From NCBI GenBank assembly GCA_951406725.2, contig OX597814.1, positions 2,666,001 through 2,730,000 of the forward strand: a DNA stretch of 64,000 nucleotides. The letters run 5' to 3'. Under the pieces are notes generated by a model. It worked only from the letters and a program-made list of their open reading frames with translations. It was not told the DNA's origin and did no database searches. The translations under genes were made by a program, and so were the position numbers. Positions 44,170 through 57,385 of the stretch are shown in pieces (within the stretch, counting starts at the first letter, position 1; every line of letters begins with the position of its first letter). Source of the DNA: Octopus vulgaris (Eukaryota).

Positions 44170-44472
44170 CACCGTGATCACCGTGACCGACCAGGCTATC
44201 AGATGTTGCTACACATCGCTGGTCACAATGCGTTTCGCATTGTTTTAGCCTTCAAATGACACCACCTCGCTGGCTAAGCGACCAGGCCTACAGAAGTAAG
44301 AGTGAGAGAAAGTTGCGGCGAAAGAGTACAACAGGGATTGCCACCACCCCCTGTCGGAGCCTCGTGGAGCTTTAGGTGTTTTCGCTCAATAAACACTCAC
44401 AATGCCTAGTCTAGGAATCGAAACCGTGATCCTATGACCGCTGCACTAACCACTGGGCCATTGCGCCTCCAC
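44170..44472 (-). mobile_element. SINE with family C head and a different tail
   Basis: Head shared with 43667; tail shared with 40803-40920. Confidence 0.75.
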
Positions 44473-44478
44473 ATGTAA

Positions 44479-44541
<63 letters not shown>

Positions 44542-44895
44542 TGCATATATATATACATGTATATATATATGTATATATATGTGTATGTATATATGTATAT
44601 ATATATGTGTGTGTATGTCTGTGTGTATGTGTGTGTGTATAAATATAATAAAATAAATGCGCCCTTTTTAAAGCCCAGCCAGGCTCATGAGTCCGGTTTC
44701 TATGGCGTATGTGTTTCCCCCAGCTAGACGGGACGCCAGTCCATCGCAGCGCTACTCATTTTTGCCAGCTGAGTGGACTGGAGCAACGTGAAATAAAGTG
44801 TTTTGCTCAAGGACACAACGCGTCGCCCGGTCCAGGAATCGAAACTACAATCATACGATCATGATGCTGACATCCCTAACCACTAAGCCACGCGC

Positions 44896-44977
<82 letters not shown>

Positions 44978-45153
44978 TATAAAGTTAATCCAAACAAGAA
45001 AGCACAAAAAAACACAACAACGCGAGGACGTGGAACAAATATAGTATTATTGGACGCTCAGGAAAGAAGGAGAGTTTAACGTTTCGAGCGGAGCTCTTCG
45101 TCGGACACATAGGAGAAGGAAAGATCCAGAGAAGGGAAGACAGAGGAACAAAA

Positions 45154-45200
<47 letters not shown>

Positions 45201-45241
45201 CATATATATATATATACATACGTACATACATATATACATAA

Positions 45242-45285
<44 letters not shown>

Positions 45286-45862
45286 GAATAAAATCTGTGT
45301 AAAATCCTTATAGTATATTTTACAAAGCTCATCTCCCGGCATCGGCTACCGAATGTCCTCAGACAATGAGAATGCTGTTACTGGATAAACGTCAAGAATT
45401 CTGCAGTATCTGCAGATCTATAATAATATAAACAGAAGAACAAGGGAGAATGGATTGAACGACATTCTTTTTTCCAGACATACTAAGAGCTGTTTGCACA
45501 CATCGTCACGCCCCTATGACATATTGGGGAGTCACTACCATCCCTCAATTTTTTAAAATGTGTTTCCTCAAGTGAGTATTTTGAATATGTTCTTCCTTAG
45601 ATCAGACTGTTATTTTACTCTATATAAGAATATTTTCTGTGATGACGAAGTATGTAAATTGCGTCATCTAATTAATGTACGACAGATGTGACGGTGCGTG
45701 GAAATAACTGAAATGATAAGGAATAAATTTATTCTCGGTTCTTTTAAGTTTGTTTATAAAAAAAATTCTCACTTTCAAAAGGTATTATTTATCCTTGTAT
45801 ACATACATACAAACATACATATATACAGACATACATAATACATACATACATACATACATACA

Positions 45863-45895
<33 letters not shown>

Positions 45896-45901
45896 GTATA
45901 T

Positions 45902-45946
<45 letters not shown>

Positions 45947-46505
45947 GAAAATCCCAAAATAGAAGAAGAAACAAAAACAATCAACAACACGAGGACGTGG
46001 TACATGTACAATATTAGGAGACGCTCAGGGAAGGAAAGGTGGTTTAATGTTTCGAGTAAATGCTCTTCTTCAGAAACAGAGGAAAGTCCAATAGAAAGGA
46101 AGACAGAAGAAGAAAATCACCAACGGTTCACTGGTTACACTTTGAAATGACTGGAAGGGAATACCCCTAACACACACACACACACTCTCTCTCTCACACA
46201 CACACACACACATACACACACACACGCACACACACACATACACACACACACATACTCACTCACTCACACACATATACACACACACACGCACGCACACACA
46301 TATGAGCGGTACTGATATCCAGAAGACCCAAGATGGAAGGTAAGGTTATGTAAGTGCTACGGGAGGATCGTAGACTCTCGGTTCGATAATAAAACCAGTG
46401 AGGAGTCTAGTGCAGGTCTTGTATGAGCAGGTGTATGTTAAATAAAAGGAAACAACAACGCCAAGGCTGTGTGGAATTTTCAGGACATTTATAAAGGGAA
46501 AGGTA

Positions 46506-46553
46506 GTCTTACAGCTGTTTCTGGGATGTTAGGGATATCCCTTCATCAGAGAC
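46506..46553 (-). ncRNA. Minimal type I hammerhead ribozyme
   Basis: GTCT-CTGATGA-A-GGGAT..ATCCC-A-GAAAC-AGCT-GTA^AGAC, with palindromic ACAGCTGT. Confidence 0.85.
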
Positions 46554-46674
46554 GTTATGAGAGAGTTAAATGGAGGGAAATAGTACAGTTCAATATAAGG
46601 AGTTGTTTTGGAAATGGAGAGATAAAGGAAGTATAAAGGGACATAAGAGAATAAAAATAAAAATAAGAATATCT

Positions 46675-46881
46675 CTTTACTCTTTACTCTTTTACTTGTT
46701 TCAGTCATTTGACTGCGGCCATGCTGGAGCACCGCCTTTAGTCGAGCAACTCGACCCCGGGACTTATTCTTTTTGTAAGCCCAGTACTTATTCTATCGGT
46801 TTTTTTTGCCGAACCGCTAAGTGACGGGGACGTAAACACACATTGTCAAGCAATGCTAGGGGAACAAACACAGACACACAA

Positions 46882-46924
<43 letters not shown>

Positions 46925-47080
46925 TACGACAGGCTTCTTTCAGTTTCCGTCTACCAATTCCACTCACAAGGCATTGGTCGGCCCTGGGCTATAGCAGAAG
47001 ACACTTGCCCAAGATGCCACGCAGTGGGATTGAACCCGGAACCATGTGGTTGGTTAGCAAGCTACTTACCACACAGCCAC
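46675..47080 (-). mobile_element. SINE family A, full length
   Basis: Head and tail both present. Confidence 0.85.
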
Positions 47081-47704
47081 TTCTATATATGTAGGATGTT
47101 ACTGTCTTAGTTCCATTATCCAAAGAAAGTGTTGTGTAGAATGGGTGGAAATGCTTCTTGTCCATGGAATGCAGATTCCGATAGTAGTGAATAGTATGGA
47201 AATATAAATTCTATGTGCTCTTCCTTTACCACCAGACACCTTTGAATGAACAGCACAGTCAACGCTGTTTATGGAAGACCAGCAGTCGCCAATGCGTACC
47301 AGCCTCCTCTCTCCGTGCCACTGATGTTACCCAATGGAAAAGCAAAAGCGATACAGCTTGGCACCATTGACATTGCAACTCATTTCTACCACCGAGTGAA
47401 CAGGAGCAACGTAAAATAAAGTCTCTTGCTCAAGAACAGAACACACAGCCCGGTCCAGTAATCAAACTCTCCAATCACTTGACCATGCACTCTCACTTTT
47501 ACTGTAGAGGAGTGTGCTGACAAAGAACAGCGGTCAGTCATTCTCAGTGGCATTGCTGCGCTCTCGGACACCAAGCAGAGTTTTTCTACATCCCGGCGCA
47601 CACCTACCCGGAAAATATATAACCATACATACATGTATACACATAACTGCATAAATACACACACACACACACACACACACACGTTAATGTGTGTGTGTGT
47701 GTGT

Positions 47705-47737
<33 letters not shown>

Positions 47738-47943
47738 TAAGATTGTAGCACACAAATTTGAAATTGAAAGGTATACGAACCTTGCATTAAACCAAAAATT
47801 CCCAGCTTCTCTGTTTAGACCGAGGACCCAATTCTGTAACTCTTTAAGGTCCTAAGGCCTACGACATCTCAGTATCTAGCCAGTCTGCTCTCAACCGTTT
47901 ACGAGTTGTAGATGTGAACGAGATAAACTTACACCACAGCATA

Positions 47944-48031
<88 letters not shown>

Positions 48032-48149
48032 TGTTGTGTCTGGGGAGAGTCACTTTCTTTTTGTGCCTTATAATGAAACAGACACAGCGGTAAAATTTTC
48101 ACTTATTTCTCATTTTTATTTTCCTAAAATTTTCGTTACGTCTTATCAG

Positions 48150-48236
<87 letters not shown>

Positions 48237-48556
48237 GTCAGTCTCTGTCTGTTTGTCTGTCTCCCTCACTCTTGTTTTCTCTCTTTCTATACATATATAT
48301 ATATATATATATATACATTAAAATTAATATTAATTTATCTCCCTCAATTTTTAAATATTTAAATAAATACGTTCCCTAGTTGTAAGCATTACCCGCAGTG
48401 AATTATTCACTGCAGCCCTTCGCTTCAGGAGTCTCTTAGCGCCCCAGAGCCAAGACATTTGAAATTTTATTCCCGATGTAATCAGTAAGACTAAGCACGT
48501 GTCTGTCTTGACACAGAGAGCTGGGGTTAGTCTTGCGGTTTGCATCTCTAGGACCG

Positions 48557-48632
48557 AATCTACTGAAGAAGTCACGGACACTTGAATTATGCAAGTAATT
48601 CTTTTGTTAAGACCGAAACCGAGGTATGCATT
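48557..48632 (+). ncRNA. Type I hammerhead-like motif with extended stem II, in TA-flanked module 48315-48790
   Basis: CTGAAGA-A-GTC...GAATTAT-GCAA-GTAATTC...GAC-C-GAAA-CCGAG-GTA; stem I is imperfect. Confidence 0.6.
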
Positions 48633-48835
48633 TAAGTCTGTTTTTTATTTAATTTTTCATATGTCCTGCCCGCCAAATTTGGTTCTGGTGTTCGCTGAAT
48701 TCTTCCTCTAGAGAATTTCCCTTGTAGTTTGATCGTTGATGATCTTTTTCTAGCATTCTGGCCGGCTACCTAGCAGGCCAGCCCTGCCAATATACATATA
48801 TATACATATATATATATATGTATATATATATATGA

Positions 48836-48978
<143 letters not shown>

Positions 48979-49185
48979 TACATATCCATACATAAAGCGG
49001 AAATTATTTTAATGGGGAAATACACGTGGTGGATATGAATAGAGAATGCGAAACCGATCCTTACTTGAATTATGCTGAAAGATCAAAACCTTATTTTGTG
49101 TAAAATTGTTTAATATCTGTATTATCATGGTTCTAATATACTCTTAAATCCTGTAAAACGAATCTTCTAGGGCTTTTTCATCTTA

Positions 49186-49305
<120 letters not shown>

Positions 49306-49626
49306 TGTGTATACTTAATGCAGACGTATTAGAAGGACGTTATACTGCAGTCTCCGCCCCGAGAGAGACCCTCCTACAGACGTTTGGAGCTAAAATTTAC
49401 ATAAATATCAGTAGCAGACGAGAATTGTCGAGCGCCAGGGCTCAAATCACAAGATTATATAATTTCTGCCTGCTTGCATTTCATCAGCTGTTGGTATCCA
49501 CTCACTACACGCTAACTAGATCTCGATGCCATCGATGAATGAGAAGATACTCATTAAATAGTCATTAAGTGTCGCAAATAATTGTTGGGCTGTGTTGGGT
49601 AATAATTAGATATAAGCACAGAAGTA

Positions 49627-49671
<45 letters not shown>

Positions 49672-49675
<4 letters not shown>

Positions 49676-50168
49676 ATATTTAAAGACAATTAGAGAATTG
49701 AGATATACGACTGACTAATTATAAATTTAATTTCTTAACATTATAATATAATTATACTATAATATAATATAATAAATAAGATTACAAAAACAAATATTTG
49801 TCCTACAGTGTTTTGATTTATACCCAATAATGAATTTATAAAAAATTCATATTTGTGGATTTGAATCTCATCAGGGTAATATTGCCCCCCCCCCCCCGCA
49901 AAAAAATGACAAAATTTCCGTGCATGGAATTTTTGTCTGTTTTTTTTTTTTTTAACAGATAATTACCCTGATGAGATTCATATCCGTAAAGATGAATGTT
50001 TTAGACATTCATTATTGGGTATAAATCAAAACACACTGTAGGACATATATTTGTTTTTGTATATTTATTCATCATATATTATAGTTTAATTATATTATAA
50101 TGATAAATAAATCAAATTTATAATATCTCAATCGTATATCTCTATTCCTTTAATCTTTCTATATTGAA
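49672..50168. mobile_element. Diverged fold-back module with HHR-like motifs in both arms
   Basis: Arms about 49672-49880 and 49961-50168. CC-CTGATGA(49968)-GATT..long hairpin..AATC-AAAAC-ACACT-GTA-GG; the core G12 is A in both arms. Confidence 0.65.
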
Positions 50169-50469
50169 TATATACCCGTTTGAGTTGTGATAAGCTTTTG
50201 TCTGCCAATAATAGGTATCTAACTGAAGAACCAGTGAAAAATTGGATGTTTTCCACCCCTTTAAAGGATATATATATATATGTGTGTGTGTATGTGTGTA
50301 TTTTTTACGCAGGCATGTATATATATATATATATATATATTCTCTGTCTTCCCTTCTCGGGATCTTTCCTTCTCCTTTGTTTCCGACGAAGAGCTCCGCT
50401 CAAAACGTTAAACCCTCCTTCTTCCCTTCTTTCCTGTTTGGATTAACTTTATATATATATATAATAAAT

Positions 50470-50920
50470 ATAAGGGTAGCAAAAATTGTAGAAAAAATTT
50501 TCCGCTACCAGCGGTCTAGTGAGAAAGAAAAAATAGAAAAAAAAAGACTATATAATATACATTCAAACTAGAAAGAGCAGCCAAAACTCATACCGCTAAA
50601 TAGTTGTAATTCTGAAATAGAAAGAGAAATAAATACGTTTACCCCTTTCATCTCTGGACTATGCATAGTTTCGGCAAGACTTTGGCAAATGAATGAATTA
50701 AATTAAATTAAATTCATTTACATCTGGCGTGCCTCGTCAGCAGAGAGCCTAGGACGAGTATATTTGCCAAAGTTTTGCCGAAACTATGCATAGTCAAGAG
50801 ATGAAAGTGGTAAACGTTTTTATTTCTCTTTCTATTTCAGAATTACAACTATTTAGCGGTATGAGTTTTGGCTGCTCTTTCTAGTGAGTCGAATGTCCTA
50901 TATGGCCATTCCTTATATTG

Positions 50921-50925
<5 letters not shown>
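50470..50925. mobile_element. Fold-back module of the 2.9-kb family
   Basis: Arms about 50568-50690 and 50762-50884, tail on the left, (TA)n on both sides. Confidence 0.8.
50651..50746 (-). ncRNA. Type I hammerhead ribozyme with extended stem II
   Basis: TCTCTG-CTGACGA-GGCA...TGCC-GAAA-CTATGCATAG-TC^CAGAGA. Confidence 0.88.
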
Positions 50926-50964
<39 letters not shown>

Positions 50965-51499
50965 AGAGAATGCAGAAAGTGAAGGGAGGAAACAAAGGAT
51001 GAATGAACGTAAAAACGAGGCTTGCAAATACCGTGAACCGGCATTCGTTCAGATATATATAACTTTGAAGACTCGACTGTATACTTTTTGAGCGTTTTGT
51101 GTTTCGTCTGGAATAATAACGCTTCTAAATGTATAATCAATAAAAGAGCTTCTCTGGTCCATCATCAGAATGAAATGGTAATCGTCACGAGCTGTTGGCG
51201 CGTTTTGTAGTCGACAGCAAGTAATCGTGGAAATGATGTTGTCCTTGATAAAATGCTTATCGCCTAATTTGAAACTGATTTTCAGCTCTCTTCATTTTAT
51301 TTCCCTGTTGTATATCACATATATTCTCTCAACATAGTGAAGTTCGAAAAATCTCTCAGATCAACAAAGCATACTTGTGAGATGACTGTTCCATTAATTA
51401 ATTGATTAGTTTATTAATTAATTGCCCGATTGCCGTGTAGAAATTATTGCATGGTGTGGTAACGTAATGGTTACGTAAGCATTTTTTGATGTATTATTC

Positions 51500-52283
51500 T
51501 TTAATTCTTTTACATGTTTCTGTCATTTGACTGCGGTCATGCTGGAGCACCGCCTTCACTCGAACAGATCGACCCCTCCCCCCGGACTTATTCCTTGTAA
51601 GCTTAGTACATATTCTATCGGTCTCTTTTGCCGAACGCTAGGTTACGAGGACGTAAATACATCAGCATCGGTAATCAAGCGACGGTGGGGGGGGGGGACA
51701 TACACACACACACACACACACAAACACGCACACACACACACACACACACAAAACACACACAGACACACACACACACACAAACACACACAAATTCATATAT
51801 ATGTATCCACTGCGTGACACCTTGGGCTAGTGTCTTCTACCATAGCCTCAGGCCGACCGAAGCCTTGTGAGTGGATTTGGTAGGCGGAAACTGAAAGAAG
51901 CCCATCATATATATGTGTGTTTGTTTATCAGTGTTTGTCACCTCCACCATCGCTTGACAACCGATGTTGGTATGTTTACATCCCCGTAATACAGCGGTTC
52001 GGCAAAAGAGACCGATACAAAGAATTAGTCCTGGGGGCGATTTGTTCGACTAAAGGCAGTGCTCCAGCATGGCCGCAGTCAAATGACTGAAACAATTAAA
52101 AGAAATATATATATATATACGACGGGCCTCTTTCAGTTTTCGTCTACCAAATCCACTCACAAGGTTTTGGTCGGCCTAAGGCTACAGTGAAAGACTCTTG
52201 CTCGAGGTTCTACGCAGTGGGACTGAACCCAGAACCATGTGGTTGGAAAGCAAGCTTCTTACCACACAGCCACTCCTGCGCCT
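51500..52283. mobile_element. Cluster of SINE family A pieces in both orientations
   Basis: Minus 51500-51700, plus 51810-52105, minus 52120-52283. Confidence 0.75.
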
Positions 52284-52409
52284 AGCATTTTGTGATGCAT
52301 GTAAGCAAATTACTCTTCATTCTTCCGCTCTTTATCGTTTATACACTGTGAATAATATACCAACCTATCATTTGATGAATTTGTTCGGAATTACAGTTTA
52401 TACCATTCA

Positions 52410-52478
<69 letters not shown>

Positions 52479-53230
52479 AACTTTTAATATTTTGATATTT
52501 ATATTTTAAAAAAAATAAATTTTAAAAAATTTAAAAAATGAATAAATAAATAAATTAATTAATTGATTAATTAATTAATTAATAAACAAAATAATATATA
52601 AATACAAAAATATACATACATATATATATATATATTTGTATATATATATTTAAAATTTATAAGTTTAAATTATTTAAATATTTTTTTAATTTTTAACTTT
52701 TATATTTTAAAATTAATTTTATGTATTGGCTTATGTTTTTCATCGTTTGATTTGCCTAATAGTGGTTTTGTCTCTAATTTAATATAACTTAATATGATAT
52801 ATTTATACTATAAAATTGGATTTAATCCTAAATCTAATTTTTCCCTGTAAGTTTGGATTTATTCCCTAATATTTTATTATTAATATATATATATATATAT
52901 TCAGGGTGAATACTTGATAACTGTAAGCACCTGTATATGCCAGTTAGTGGTGTAGGTGATAGGGTATATTTATCAAAAGAAAAACAGGATGCAAAGGATT
53001 TAGCGGTACATATGATTCTGGCTTTATTGGACAGTTTATATCAATGCATAATTGATGTAACATGTATGTCGATAGCCTTCCTCAGCCGCGCACAATTACC
53101 ACACCAAAGACATGCATTACATTATAAGTTTGGGTAAAAGACGAGTTTCTTTGGGGGTGCAAATCCTCATAGTCGTATACAGCAGAGCGAGACACCAAAA
53201 CAAAAACAAAACGTCCATACCGTTTTTCAC

Positions 53231-53281
<51 letters not shown>

Positions 53282-53283
<2 letters not shown>

Positions 53284-53694
53284 TAGCAGCTAAGCCCGTT
53301 TTCACCCGGTCTGTTTGGATGATGTGGCTGTGATCGTTTTCGGTTAGGCATAATCTATAACAGTGTTTCTCAACCTTATCATTTTGGGTCCCCTGTTTCG
53401 ATTGGAGCCTCCAGCTATATGGAAATTTCCTGGCCCCACCCCGTCAGAAAACAGCTCCTAAGCAACTGGTTGTTTTAATGGCAGAGGAAAGAAGGAAATT
53501 CCATTAGAAAAAGTTTTAATCGATTTTCTCGATAAGTATGGGGGTTAGGGAAAAAATACAAACGACATTCCAATCTATGCACTTGTCCCCACATGTGAGC
53601 CATTTTTCATGTGAATCCACCCAGCCGTTTGGCTGTGAACCTGAAGACAAGAAAGAATACAACGATCGCCCATGTCCAATTTATATTATAGATA
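53282..53694 (-). mobile_element. Possible Helitron-like element containing a hAT/Charlie-type end at 53361
   Basis: actag plus a hairpin-like cccgttttcacccgg at the left end, tatattatagat at the right end, and cagtgtttctcaacct inside. Confidence 0.4.
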
Positions 53695-54035
53695 AGCTAC
53701 ATGTATTATTATACTGTTCAACGGTCATTCAATTAACCAGATTTATCGCATGGAGCGCCAAACTGAGGCAGTCGCCCGGGTTTCTTCAGTCCCTATTTTC
53801 CTTCAGCTGTGAGTATACATAGGTGACCCCAAGGCCAAGTAGTTTCAGGGCATTATATAACAACTAGTTTGGAACGAAACTCTAGGATCACGAATTACTC
53901 ATATATCCTTGCAGCTCAATGTGTTTATACATGCACACATACACGTACATACACATTAGCAAACCTACGTACATGTATACATATATGCGCACATGTATAT
54001 TTGAGCATGTATACATAAATGCATATATTCATTCA

Positions 54036-54071
<36 letters not shown>

Positions 54072-54176
54072 CAGCTTACACACACATGCATGTATATCTA
54101 TATACATATGTATCTATACGTGACGAATGCACGCATACATATATGTGTACATAAAATTACATATACATATATATGG

Positions 54177-54219
<43 letters not shown>

Positions 54220-54642
54220 CGCGAGTGTGCACATCAAGTGACAGGTTGTTGTATCTGTTATCAAAAAGTTTTCTGTAATGATGTGTAAGACTGAGAAAAA
54301 GAAGGCAAAAATGGATTAAAGGCTGGGAATGGTAAATCGGTGCTAAACACACGTAATGCCTGTAATTCGTTTAGTTCCAGGCTGGATTAGCCGTTCATTC
54401 TCATATGACGTATACCGATAAGCTTCTCACCGCGTAAAACATCTTATTTTTATGTTGTTGTTTTTTTTCAGTTTTTTTTACCGCGGATTAGTGGAAAAAA
54501 ACAGTTTGTGCTGTGTAGCTCTTCCTCCCACTGACTCCGTCCCCTTCTCTCTCTCTGTTTGTCTCTCTCTCTCTCTCTATTTGTCTCTCTCTCTCTCTCA
54601 CCCTTTTTCCACTCTTTCTCACTTTCGCTTTTTGTCTTCTCT

Positions 54643-54692
<50 letters not shown>

Positions 54693-54768
54693 GATGCTCG
54701 TCTTTCCCTGTGTGTCTCTCTGCCTCTTTACTGCCTCTTGTTAAGTAAAGATGTTTCTCTTGTATTTT

Positions 54769-54822
<54 letters not shown>

Positions 54823-55928
54823 TCCCGTTATCCCACCCAGCCTCTCTTTCTCTCTCTTCCTCTTTCTATCTCCAGAAAAAGTATTCCTGTTATTGATCCT
54901 TCGTCATTCGTATTTATGCTATCTGTCAAATGCCCATGTCTATCTCACTATTACACCACACACATACACACACACACACTGAAACACATATTGATAGTGA
55001 CTTCGAAGTTTGGCCAGCTGCAGTCGTAGCTTCCATGTTACTCTCGATAATATTCGTTTGAAAATAATAAATTTATACTCTAAAAAATTATCGAGTAACC
55101 TATACTAATAAATGGCAAATTTGTGTGTTTCTGAATTTGTTACTTTAACTCCTCCGAGACTACCCAACAGACCTTGATGAAACTTGGCACGTGTGGAGGG
55201 TTTATGCCCATATGGTCACTTATGCAATTGGAATTTTTAAAAAATCGATTTTTAATCAGCATCGACTTTTCAAAAATCGTAAAATTTCGGTATTTCTCGC
55301 ACTAGCTATCGTGATATTAATTTGAAGAAAAAATGCCGAAATTTGACGAAAAATGTTTCATGGGTATAAACAGACATCTTATTAACGGTAATCTCTTTAG
55401 CATTTGCTAATTCTTCATTTCAATGCGAATTGTTTTGATTTGCTAAAACTTATTTTAGTTTGCTGTTTTAATTCCACAGCATTTCAGGTTTTGATTAGGT
55501 AAGACAATTTCATTTCTGAAGCAAAATTTAGGCATTTTGCACTCTAGCTTTCGTGACATCAATTCGAAGGAATCTGCCCCAAAGTGTAAACTTTCGCCAT
55601 TTTATGCACATGCACAAAAATGACGACGACACGGTTTCGATACCAGACTCTGCTTATTTTCCTGTCACATTGGTCCTACCCATTAATAGAGATTTTAAAT
55701 CTTTGAAAAATGTTGAAATTTAATGAAAAATGTTTCATGGCTATCAGCAGACATTTTACTAATGGTAAATTTTTTACTGAGTACTTCAGCTGCTATACAT
55801 ACATACATACATACATACATACATACATACATACATACATACATACATACATACATACATACATGCATGCATACATACATACATGCATACATACATACAT
55901 ACATACATACATACATACATACATACAT

Positions 55929-55961
<33 letters not shown>

Positions 55962-56029
55962 TATAGACTCTATTCCTTAGAATGTAGGCGAGAAAGATAT
56001 GCCATAACATACATCTGAAAGATCCTGGA

Positions 56030-56430
56030 GTTACTTGTCCCAAACTTTGGCATCGCGAGTTACACTAATACTAGAATAGGGCGCCACTGCATAGTGCCAA
56101 GGACTCCCAATTTGCCATAAAAAAAATAGGTCAAGATATTGCAACAGCCTTGGCTTTAGGGGACCACAGCTCTTCAATATCCTGCCGAAGTACCCGAGAG
56201 ACCTTCATGAGGTGGATGTAGGTGTTTTCAAAACGAAACTGGACCTCTTACTGTCAAGTGTCCCAGATGAACCAACTTCCCAGCAGAAAGTGCAAATAAG
56301 GGCAGCCGCATCAAACCCCTTCATGCATCAAATGTCAATTTTCTAAAAAGAATTAGTGAAGTAACATTATGCAGCAACACTAAATGGCGGTGCTCCAGCA
56401 TGGCTACGGATCATGAGCTGAAACTAGATA
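56030..56430 (+). mobile_element. CR1-group LINE 3' end
   Basis: SLGFRGPQLFNILPKYPRDLHEVDVGVFKTKLDLLLSSVPDEP followed by a 3' UTR. Confidence 0.7.
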
Positions 56431-56735
56431 CATATATCATACATATATACACACATATACATGTAGATAATTTATGTCGGCCATAATATTTAACTGTGAA
56501 CTTTAGCTGGTGCGGGAGATCAAAAGTGGATGTTGTATAATTCCATCAAAGACTCCTTCAAATTGCTCGATACCAATACCACGGCCGTACCCAACCCCAA
56601 AATGAAAAATTCGTCAAGAAAATACACGTTTGGTTGTTATTGTCACACGCACACATATTTCCATTCTTCCCCAGCATCAATACACCTGCTTGCTGTTCCT
56701 ACACCTGTTTTCGTCTTTTGTTTTCTGTAAATTTG

Positions 56736-56782
<47 letters not shown>

Positions 56783-56787
<5 letters not shown>

Positions 56788-57143
56788 GCAGTGCTCCAGC
56801 ATGGCCGCAGTCAAATGACTGAAACAAGTAAAAGAGTAAAGAGTAAAAAGAGTAATATATATACATACATAAATACATACACAGGAGTGGCTGTGTGGTA
56901 AGTAGCTTGCTTACCAACCACATACTTCCGGATTTAGTCCCACTGCGTGGCATCTTGGGCAAGTGTCTTCTGCTATAGCCTCAGGTCGACCAAAGCCTTG
57001 TGAGTGGATTTGGCAGACGGAAACTGAAAGACGTCCGTCGTATATATATATAACCGAACCTGGAGCTTAAATATAATCCTGTCCATAGCACTTACTCAGC
57101 ATTACCTCTCACCTTTAGTCTTCTTGACACCATTACCTCTCAT

Positions 57144-57227
<84 letters not shown>

Positions 57228-57385
57228 TATACACGACGGATCTTTCAGTTTCTACCAAATTCACTTACAAGGCTTTTGGTCGGCTTGAGGCTATCGTAGA
57301 AGATACTTGGCCAAGGTGCCACGTCGTGGAAATGAACCTGGACCCATGTGGTTGACAAGCAAACTTTTTACCACATAGCCACGCC
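56783..57385. mobile_element. SINE family A pieces
   Basis: Tail 56783-56850, head 56880-57045 (plus), head 57233-57385 (minus). Confidence 0.75.

Noticed and set aside
51090-51175. CTGATGA...CGAAAC on the minus strand
   Set aside because: No stem III/NUH or stem I pairing found.
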